Below, one piece after another: positions 56,483-64,000 of a stretch of 64,000 nt of DNA. Each line of letters opens with the position of its first letter. Within the stretch, counting starts at the first letter, position 1. The position numbers and the translations under genes are program-made. The stretch covers positions 160,811-224,810 of the IMG/VR virus record IMGVR_UViG_3300034682_000176; one strand, given 5' to 3'. The notes under the pieces are model-generated. The model worked only from the letters and a program-made list of their open reading frames with translations, was not told the DNA's origin and made no database searches.

Positions 56483-59400
56483 ATGCTTATCACTTACGGT
56501 CAGTTTGAGCTGCGTCAAGCAGTAAAAAGTTCTGCCCATTTGTTGCAACCCCGCACCGTGTTGCAAGAAAACATGAAGATGCCTCAGGGCTCTTTGATCC
56601 ACTACCTGACACTCAAAGACGACGAGAAGTTTCCCCAACGCAACATGGTCTACCTGGCCGGTGTTCCAGCAAACAAACGCGTCCCCATTTTCCACGTCAA
56701 GGACTTGACCACCAAGACCGAAGTGATGATGTTGGAAAACCGCTACATGGAAAAAGACATCCGTGTCTGGCAGCGTGAACACATGCAGTCTTTTCGGGCT
56801 TGGGAGTTGCTGGAAGTTCCTAACCCCGACCGGCTGACCAACGGCGTGATCAACTACAACTTGCTCAAGGGTTTGTACAAGTACAAGTCCACCATGACAT
56901 CTGGCTACAGCCGGTACATGGACCTGATGCGCACGTACTGGACCACCGTGGCACAAGCCATTGACAAAGATCCCAAGATCAACCACTTTGTCACGCTGCC
57001 TATCCCGAAGGCTCTTCCTTCGCGGATGATGATCAACAAGATCTTGGAGTTCTCGCCAGCGCGTTATGCCCGAGTTGTTACGAGTTCTGAGCTCAACGGT
57101 ATCATTCAGTTGTACCGTTACCTCAATCCCCAAACCCGTGCTGACAGCACGATGGTGACCTTGCCTGAAACGGCGACTGAGCACTTGGCAGTGGAGTTCA
57201 CCTACGACGGCTACAGCGTCTTTTGCAAATTGTCGTACCTGATGAGCTTGCACAAGGACTCGGTACTGGAGAGCAAAACCAAAGTCTCTACAGAACGACT
57301 GCACCAGATCTTCTTGCTGATGCTGCTCAAGATCCAGAACATCGTCGAAGAAAAGCGCAAAGGCAACAACCCTGAGTTGCTGCTCGAAGACCAAATGGAT
57401 GCCAAGGTTGAAGGCACTGAAGTGACGGTGGTCGATGACGGCGACAACTTGGACGATTTGGAAGACAACCCAACCGTTCAACCTGATGCTGTGCAAGATG
57501 CTCAGCTGGCGCAGTTTGAGCGCACGATGGTGCAAGACGCAATCCAAAAACCATCGACCGGTCCAACCACCCCAATCCCACTACCCAAGTTCGATGAGAA
57601 CACAGCGTTCGACGATGAACAAACCGGCTCGGCTTCTTGGGACAAACTGATCGACAGCGGTCTCAGTGAGTTTGAAGGGGCGTCGGACGACTTGTTTGTC
57701 AAGGCGGTTCAAAGCGCCATGCAGCGTCCCGAGGTTGAGCCAGATACGGAGGAAACCACTGACGACAATGCCGTCAGTTCGATCCACCAAATCGACTACT
57801 CCCGGGACCACATCAAACAGGTATTGAAAGACCCAACCCTGCAAGAGAAGTTCGATGCGTACATCGAGCAAGCCAAGGGGTTTGATGCCATCAGCACGGC
57901 CGAAGCCCGCACCCTGCGCAAGACGTTTGAAAAGCGTCAGCTCCTGAAGTCACCCTACAGCGACGTGCCAATTGACAAGTTCAAGGTGCGGACTCCTGAA
58001 GATCTGGCATTGCCGGATACAAAGATCCCCATCCGCAACAGCTTGGTGCCGGACTACCTGAAAGAAGAACGCTTGTTCAACATGGACAAGAAGTACGTTC
58101 AAACCACCTTGCGCAAACACCTGACGGCTTGCGTGACGGCCTTGGAGTCCAACGATCTGATCATCAAGGACTACCAGGTCGAAGAGGTGACACAAAGCAC
58201 AGGCAAGTACGAAATCCACAAACTGGTGCTCAAACCCCTGCGCGGCAAAGAGTCGCCGGTGTATTTCCGCATTCCGGTGATCAATGACGAAGGCGAATAT
58301 GTCGCCGGCGGTGTGCGCTACCGCATGCGTCGCCAAAAGTCCCAGATCCCAATTTACAAAATGTCCCCGACCAAGGTGGGCGTTGCTTCCAACTACAACA
58401 AGCTCTTTGTGTTCCGCACGGAACGTAAAGCGTTTGACCCCTATACCAACATCGTTGAGCAGATCAAGACCAACTACCTGGATGGCAAAGGCAACATCAC
58501 CAAGATTGCGCCGGCCAACCGGTTTGACAACCTGCTGCGTGTGCCCAATATCTACGCAGCGATGTCGCAAAACTTCAACGACATCACCACACCCAAATAC
58601 CGCTTCTTCTTTAACCACAAGGAAATCGGTAACCACATCGACGAAAAGGTCGTCAAGGACTTGCAGAGTAAGGACCTGGTGTTCGTTGGCTACGACCAGC
58701 AAAAGCACATTCTGGTCATGAACCAAGATGAAAACATCTTGGACTACTCGGACTCCATGAAAGAGCTGGGGCCGCTGGAATTGCTGCTGGAGTTGGATAT
58801 CGCCAAAATCCCACAAGCGTTCTCTGCTATCAAGATCCTGGGTGACGCTATCCCTCTGGGTGTGATGTTGGGGTACTACATGGGTCTGAAAGACCTGATG
58901 GCAATCACCAACAGCACCATCCAAATCTACCCACCCAACTCCCGTACCGGTTCGACCACCAAGAACGGGGTGTTCCTGAAGTTTGCCGATGCACGGGTGG
59001 TGATCGAGTGTCCCAACCAAAACGCCACACTGCTGTTTGCAGGCTTTAACTTCTACAAGAACTTCCTCAAGACGCAAAACTTGGAGAGCTTTTACTCCAA
59101 GAATGTGTACCTGGACCTGCTGGAGTCCCGTGACGCCGGACTCATGCATCTGAAGGAAATGGACACTTTGCGTGACAGCTTCTTGGACCCCATCACCAAG
59201 GACGCTCTGGAGGAAATGAACGAGCCTACCGAGTTCTTGCCTCTGATGCTGCGTGCCAACCAGCTGTTGGAAGACTTCCACCACCTGGACGTCAACTCTC
59301 CTGCGCTGACTCGTATCCGTGGCTATGACCGTGTCCCTGGCTTGGTCTACCGCGCTTTGTCCGAATCCATCCGCGCGCACCGCATGAAGGGTGGTAAAGG

Positions 59401-60886
59401 CAAGATCGAACTCGATCCCTACAAGGTCTGGAAGTACGTGACCCAAGACACCACTGTCAAGGTCGTGGAAGACAACAACCCCATTACCGATGTCAAGGAA
59501 GTGGAAACAGCGACCTTCTCTGGTCTGGACGGACTGTCTCGTACAGCCACCCCCGAGAAACTGCGTAAGTATCACCTCGATGACCCAGGTCTGATTAGCG
59601 AAGCAACCGTGGACTCCACCGACGTGGCGCTGATTACTTACCTGTCCCCTTACGCCAAGATCAAGTCGTTGCTCGGTACCGTGGACATGGAGTCCAACCT
59701 GCACAACGAACACCCTGATACGATCTTCTCCACATCCATCCAGCTGACCCCAATGGGTGAGTACGATGACCCGAAACGAATGAACTTCGTGTCCATTCAA
59801 AATGGCCACACCATCGCTTCGGCTGGGTATGAGCAACCTCGCCTGCGCACTGGTTATGAGTACCTCATGCCGTACAAGGTCGGTAAGCTGTACTGCATCA
59901 CCGCAGAAGAAGACGGCAAGATCACGGAAGTCACCGACAAACTCATGAAGGTGACTTACAAGTCTGGCAAACAGGTTTCGTATCGCATCGGTGCGACCTA
60001 CGGCCGTATGGAAGGCTCGGTGTACAAGCACGAGATTGTCACATACCACAAAGCGGGTATGACATTCAAGCATGGTGACTGGCTGGCGTACAACAACGGG
60101 TTCTTTGAGCCCGACTGGTTGGACAAGAGCCGTCTGATCATGAAGTTTGGCAAAGTCATCACGGTGGCCTTTGCCCGCACCGATGAGGTGTACGAAGACT
60201 CTTCGGCTATCTCGCCCGAGCTCAGTAAAGCGATGTCGTCGACACACATCGATGAGAAGAAATTCATCATCGAGTTTGGTAAACACATCGTCGACCTGCA
60301 CCCTGAAGGGCATGTCGTCACACCTACAGACTTGTTGTTTACGCTGGTGGATGAAAACACCGACTACAGCAACTTGTCGCAGTCCAGCATTGATCTGCTC
60401 AAGAGCGTGGCTAACACCTCGCCCAAGGCCAAGGTCGATGGCAAGATCTTCCGCTACGAGATCAAGTACAACGGTGACGTTGCCGACATGTCGCCTTCTT
60501 TGAAGAAACTGACCCAGCGACTAGATCGCCAGCTCTTTGAAGAAACCCAAGGCACGGACATGGAAGCCAAGAACAACAGTGTCAATGGCGACTACCTGTC
60601 CGACGGCAAGACCTTGATGCCAGGCACCTTGGAGCTGAAGATTTTCATCGAGTCTCAGTCCAACACCGGGGTGGCTGACAAGGGCGTATTTGGCGCACAG
60701 ATGAAGTCTGTGGTCTCCAAGATCTTTACCTCCAAGATCACTACCGAAAGCGGACATCGTGTTGACGCACTGTTCAGCTACACCAGCATGCTCAGCCGGA
60801 TTGTGTTGTCGCCTGTTTTGATGGGTACCACCAACCGACTGCTCAAGCACCTGTCGCCCAATGTGGCAGACGCTTACTTCAACTAA
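56483..60886 (+). CDS. Virion RNA polymerase beta subunit (phiKZ gp178-like)
   Basis: 1467 aa; GLISEATVDS, DDPKRMNFVSIQ..H, RTGYE, YEDSSAIS, ADKGVFGAQMKSV. Confidence 0.9.
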   Translation: MLITYGQFELRQAVKSSAHLLQPRTVLQENMKMPQGSLIHYLTLKDDEKFPQRNMVYLAGVPANKRVPIFHVKDLTTKTEVMMLENRYMEKDIRVWQREHMQSFRAWELLEVPNPDRLTNGVINYNLLKGLYKYKSTMTSGYSRYMDLMRTYWTTVAQAIDKDPKINHFVTLPIPKALPSRMMINKILEFSPARYARVVTSSELNGIIQLYRYLNPQTRADSTMVTLPETATEHLAVEFTYDGYSVFCKLSYLMSLHKDSVLESKTKVSTERLHQIFLLMLLKIQNIVEEKRKGNNPELLLEDQMDAKVEGTEVTVVDDGDNLDDLEDNPTVQPDAVQDAQLAQFERTMVQDAIQKPSTGPTTPIPLPKFDENTAFDDEQTGSASWDKLIDSGLSEFEGASDDLFVKAVQSAMQRPEVEPDTEETTDDNAVSSIHQIDYSRDHIKQVLKDPTLQEKFDAYIEQAKGFDAISTAEARTLRKTFEKRQLLKSPYSDVPIDKFKVRTPEDLALPDTKIPIRNSLVPDYLKEERLFNMDKKYVQTTLRKHLTACVTALESNDLIIKDYQVEEVTQSTGKYEIHKLVLKPLRGKESPVYFRIPVINDEGEYVAGGVRYRMRRQKSQIPIYKMSPTKVGVASNYNKLFVFRTERKAFDPYTNIVEQIKTNYLDGKGNITKIAPANRFDNLLRVPNIYAAMSQNFNDITTPKYRFFFNHKEIGNHIDEKVVKDLQSKDLVFVGYDQQKHILVMNQDENILDYSDSMKELGPLELLLELDIAKIPQAFSAIKILGDAIPLGVMLGYYMGLKDLMAITNSTIQIYPPNSRTGSTTKNGVFLKFADARVVIECPNQNATLLFAGFNFYKNFLKTQNLESFYSKNVYLDLLESRDAGLMHLKEMDTLRDSFLDPITKDALEEMNEPTEFLPLMLRANQLLEDFHHLDVNSPALTRIRGYDRVPGLVYRALSESIRAHRMKGGKGKIELDPYKVWKYVTQDTTVKVVEDNNPITDVKEVETATFSGLDGLSRTATPEKLRKYHLDDPGLISEATVDSTDVALITYLSPYAKIKSLLGTVDMESNLHNEHPDTIFSTSIQLTPMGEYDDPKRMNFVSIQNGHTIASAGYEQPRLRTGYEYLMPYKVGKLYCITAEEDGKITEVTDKLMKVTYKSGKQVSYRIGATYGRMEGSVYKHEIVTYHKAGMTFKHGDWLAYNNGFFEPDWLDKSRLIMKFGKVITVAFARTDEVYEDSSAISPELSKAMSSTHIDEKKFIIEFGKHIVDLHPEGHVVTPTDLLFTLVDENTDYSNLSQSSIDLLKSVANTSPKAKVDGKIFRYEIKYNGDVADMSPSLKKLTQRLDRQLFEETQGTDMEAKNNSVNGDYLSDGKTLMPGTLELKIFIESQSNTGVADKGVFGAQMKSVVSKIFTSKITTESGHRVDALFSYTSMLSRIVLSPVLMGTTNRLLKHLSPNVADAYFN

Positions 60887-60891
60887 GCCAT

Positions 60892-60927
60892 AGACTCCTA
60901 CACCAGCATGTGCTGGTGTAGGAGTCT
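60892..60927. repeat. 17-bp inverted repeat (terminator-like)
   Basis: agactcctacaccagca-tg-tgctggtgtaggagtct. Confidence 0.8.
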
Positions 60928-60941
60928 GGTTTTATTTCAGC

Positions 60942-60951
60942 TACATATATA
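60942..60951 (+). promoter_or_regulatory. Putative early promoter TACATATATA
   Basis: Recurrent motif in ttttatttcag context. Confidence 0.65.
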
Positions 60952-61021
60952 AATCACGATGAAACTGGTTGTGTTTAAAGGGCTCTGTGTTTAGAGACCG
61001 ACCAACCATTAAAGACCCAAC

Positions 61022-61657
61022 ATGAAAAAATCCAACTATCTCCCATACTTGCATCGAGAGCAAGACCTTTTTGAGATCCTAGAGTGTAGAAAACCTTCGA
61101 TTCCTCTGGTGTGGGTACACGAAACAGCGCCTCGTTTTAAAGACACGATAGGGTTGTTCGATCGGTTAATGTTCTCACTGTCGATTGATCTCACCAGTCG
61201 GGACACAACCATACATGTGTTCAAACAAAGGCGATCTGAACCATTGACCATTAAAGACTTTGTATTCAACGAAGCGGAAAAGGTGGACGGGGATACTGCA
61301 AAAGAAGCTGAAGACACCCAGCAAAAATTCTTCACCGAGGAATGTGATTACAAAGCTATCACAGACCTCTTAACTACACAGCTATACAAGCTGTATGGAA
61401 ACTTATTGCAACTAGATCGAAAGAAATCTAACTTTCGGTTCGTCCCTCCAACCGAATTTGACTGCACCGATGTCGCAGCTTTTTGGCTAATTAAGAGAGA
61501 GTTGATAACTCAGCAAGCCTTAGAACAAGTGAGATCAGCAGAAAATGCCCTCATTCATGGCAACAGGGTAGTGCTCTGCGCCTTTAGCGACTACGCTCTG
61601 CTTCGCAATTCTGCAGCAGAAAGAATTCTCTCAACATTCAAGCTGAAGAAACAATAA
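61022..61657 (+). CDS. Hypothetical protein (AT-richer codon usage)
   Basis: 211-aa ORF downstream of the promoter. Confidence 0.65.
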   Translation: MKKSNYLPYLHREQDLFEILECRKPSIPLVWVHETAPRFKDTIGLFDRLMFSLSIDLTSRDTTIHVFKQRRSEPLTIKDFVFNEAEKVDGDTAKEAEDTQQKFFTEECDYKAITDLLTTQLYKLYGNLLQLDRKKSNFRFVPPTEFDCTDVAAFWLIKRELITQQALEQVRSAENALIHGNRVVLCAFSDYALLRNSAAERILSTFKLKKQ

Positions 61658-61669
61658 AGGAGTTTCATC

Positions 61670-62239
61670 ATGACGTTCATGGAAGCCATGCAAAACGTGT
61701 TGGGATCTTCGTTCCGTTCCGACAAACCTTTGTGGTTGGATCTGGTCAAGATCTACGAGCACTATGACACCCTGCTCAAACAAGAGTTGTCGACCAAAGA
61801 GCCTCTCAACCTGGAAGAGGTTTTGCTGCGCATTGCACGACTCGATCGCTCGGTGATTGCTAACCTAACTATCCACGATAGCATTGCTGCTGTGTTTCAA
61901 GCAAGCTTTCCTTCCCCAAATGTGCTTGAGGTTTTGTACTCAAGAGAGCTGGGTCGAATGATAGTTGAGGCTGTCAAACCCCACATCACCGAGTCCGATG
62001 TAAACCTAAATTACGCTACAGGAGGGTTTTCCACCACTCGCAACATCGGTGTGATGGTCAGCGCTAAGACCAACCGACCAATTGTTGCACATGTGTCATT
62101 CTTATTCCCACCCCAGGAAATCACAACCTTGGAACAGTTCTGTCAGAACCTGCGGGAAATGAGCCAAGGCTTCAAAGCCCGTGGTGTCCATTACAACCCA
62201 GACGTGTTTCATTTCTATAACCTGTCCAAGTGTCTCTAA
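61670..62239 (+). CDS. Hypothetical protein
   Basis: AAAGGAG RBS. Confidence 0.75.
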   Translation: MTFMEAMQNVLGSSFRSDKPLWLDLVKIYEHYDTLLKQELSTKEPLNLEEVLLRIARLDRSVIANLTIHDSIAAVFQASFPSPNVLEVLYSRELGRMIVEAVKPHITESDVNLNYATGGFSTTRNIGVMVSAKTNRPIVAHVSFLFPPQEITTLEQFCQNLREMSQGFKARGVHYNPDVFHFYNLSKCL

Positions 62240-62250
62240 GGAGTTTCTAA

Positions 62251-62790
62251 ATGACAACAGTGTACCAAATCGCCACCTCCACCTTTCTGACTAAAGACCT
62301 GGTCTTTGGTTGGGTGTTGATCCACAACGATCAAGAGTTGGTTGTTGTGTCGACGATGTCAGTCAAACAACTACAGACGTTGATTGACACCATCCCCAAC
62401 ACACCCATTTACGAAGAAGTGCGCAAGTACGTCTTTACCCAAATAGCCCTCAAGCAACATGAAGAGCTTGCGCTCAAGACCCAGCAGTTGCTGCGGGACA
62501 ACTTGCAACAACTGCTGACTCAGCAGCAACAGGAATTGGTAGCCAAACAAAAGGAGGCTGACCGTCAACGCATCGAAGCTGCAAAACGCTTACAAGACCT
62601 GATGGACGATTGGTTTGAAAAGACCGACTGCACGAAGGTCTACGATGTCAAAGACGACAGCGGGCATGTGTATGCTCAGGTTGTCCCGGGTTTGGATTCG
62701 TACACCTTGATCAAGCCAAATGGGTCGGTGGTTGCTGCTGAAAGCAAGACATCCCACATCGTCACCGCTATCTTCAAGCGCTGGTGGTAA
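62251..62790 (+). CDS. Hypothetical coiled-coil protein
   Basis: AAGGAG RBS; Gln-rich heptads. Confidence 0.75.
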   Translation: MTTVYQIATSTFLTKDLVFGWVLIHNDQELVVVSTMSVKQLQTLIDTIPNTPIYEEVRKYVFTQIALKQHEELALKTQQLLRDNLQQLLTQQQQELVAKQKEADRQRIEAAKRLQDLMDDWFEKTDCTKVYDVKDDSGHVYAQVVPGLDSYTLIKPNGSVVAAESKTSHIVTAIFKRWW

Positions 62791-62885
62791 CACCAAAAGA
62801 AACCCTGGACTTCGGTCTGGGGTTTCTTTTTTCTTTGTACTGAGTAAATAAAGCAATTTTCTGACTCTGTTACAAGGAAAGGCCC

Positions 62886-63893
62886 ATGACTCCATATCCC
62901 AACACTGACCTCTCCGGGGTCAGCCCTGACAATTTGGTGGAAAAAGAATTGCACACCACGACCGAAGCTCGCTTTCGTGACTACTTCTTCCTCATCCCCA
63001 ATTTCGCTCCGTTCTATATCGACAACTTCAAGATGTGGATCAAGAACGGTGAAGCCTTGATCCCACTGATCGAAGACAAGGATTTCAGCTTTGCATTGCC
63101 GTACGTGACGGGCACTCGTACGACTGGCAAACAGATGTACGGTGCAGTCACACTGCACAACCTGAACCTCAACGGGATCTTGGTGACTGACTACCAGACC
63201 ATCGGTGGGGATCAAATCGCAGACCGTCTGCACGTGTTGACGTACTTGGCTGACAAGGCCTATAACCCCCGCACGACCGTTTGGGACTTGATCACCAACG
63301 TTCCCAATGCACTGCCGCCGGTGCCGCACTACCAAGACTACGACACCATGTACGGCCAAGAACAATTGGTCGGCATGCTGGCGCAGGTCCGTGATGCGAT
63401 TGCTGCGAACTCGTCGTTCACTGCACAGACCATCCGTGACTTCTTGGAAGCCTACGGTGGTGAAAGCGGCGGTTTCTTGCTGCGTGCCGGTGATGCCATG
63501 ACAGGTCAGCTGACGCTGGCAGGCATGCCTACCGACCCCAACCACGCCGCCAACAAGCAGTACGTGGACCAACGCTTGGCTGACCAAAGCAGCTTGGTGG
63601 AGTTGCTCAGCCATTACGTCAAAGACACCGACTTTCACTTCAACCTGAATTTGAAGATCGACAAGGCCGGTGGGATCATGACGGGACCACTGTCGTTGCA
63701 CCAAGATCCTCAGCAAGACGACCAAGCGACCACCAAGCGCTACGTAGACGCAGTGCGCAGCGATCTCAACCAAAAGCTGGAACAAGTCAACACACTGCTG
63801 CAACAGCTGCAAAACCAAGTGGGCGGTGTGACCAAGCAGTATGTCGACAGCTTGGTCGATGACGTTGTGGCACGTTTTTCAACGTACAAGTAA
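62886..63893 (+). CDS. Virion structural / tail-fibre-like protein
   Basis: N-terminal D..G..P.NLV..E.H...P.FAPFY block; repeated G.MTG.L...A.K.YVD fibre motifs; attttctga late motif at 62856. Confidence 0.7.
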   Translation: MTPYPNTDLSGVSPDNLVEKELHTTTEARFRDYFFLIPNFAPFYIDNFKMWIKNGEALIPLIEDKDFSFALPYVTGTRTTGKQMYGAVTLHNLNLNGILVTDYQTIGGDQIADRLHVLTYLADKAYNPRTTVWDLITNVPNALPPVPHYQDYDTMYGQEQLVGMLAQVRDAIAANSSFTAQTIRDFLEAYGGESGGFLLRAGDAMTGQLTLAGMPTDPNHAANKQYVDQRLADQSSLVELLSHYVKDTDFHFNLNLKIDKAGGIMTGPLSLHQDPQQDDQATTKRYVDAVRSDLNQKLEQVNTLLQQLQNQVGGVTKQYVDSLVDDVVARFSTYK

Positions 63894-64000
63894 TCTTTTT
63901 TACCCCGGTGTGACCTTCCAAATCTAATGGCGGAAGGTTCCCGGTCCCCGTGAATTTTTCTCTCAACACTGTTGTTTGTAGGAGCGCACATGAAACTGAA

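Noticed and set aside
1-64000. tRNA genes or alternative genetic code
   Set aside because: No cloverleaf with a T-loop GTTCRA was recognised. Core genes are intact under code 11 and end at TAA, TGA or TAG.

Overview
This is a 64 kb segment of a nucleus-forming, phiKZ-like jumbo phage (Chimalliviridae-type). Recognisable core genes are chimallin (35618-37468), PhuZ tubulin (26612-27532), non-virion RNAP beta'-N (38930-40372), virion RNAP beta'-N (12304-13926) and beta (56483-60886), large terminase (53147-55288) and several virion proteins. A gp181-like tail/lysin protein appears split into two genes, and the second carries both an M15 peptidase and a lytic transglycosylase. Accessory enzymes include a class II (B12) ribonucleotide reductase, NAD-dependent ligase, DHH phosphoesterase, two SLOG proteins, an ATP-grasp protein and a HExxH peptidase. 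Two promoter classes can be read from the sequence: ACATATATA before early/accessory operons and ATnnTnTGA 22-44 nt before virion/packaging genes. The most unusual locus is 14070-17250, an operon with a basic 59-aa peptide, a ~200-nt multi-stem RNA with alternative pairings, and four genes built from tandem ~45-aa modules (V-x-[FY]-x-x-F-x-x-R-V-x3-GW-D-x-E-x-A-x-T-T-P). A fifth gene of this family lies at 10508. The modules vary at the positions expected of a recognition helix, which suggests a modular, zinc-finger-array-like nucleic-acid-binding system. No tRNA, CRISPR array or intron was recognised. phiKZ gene-number equivalences are from recalled family features and size, not from a database search.
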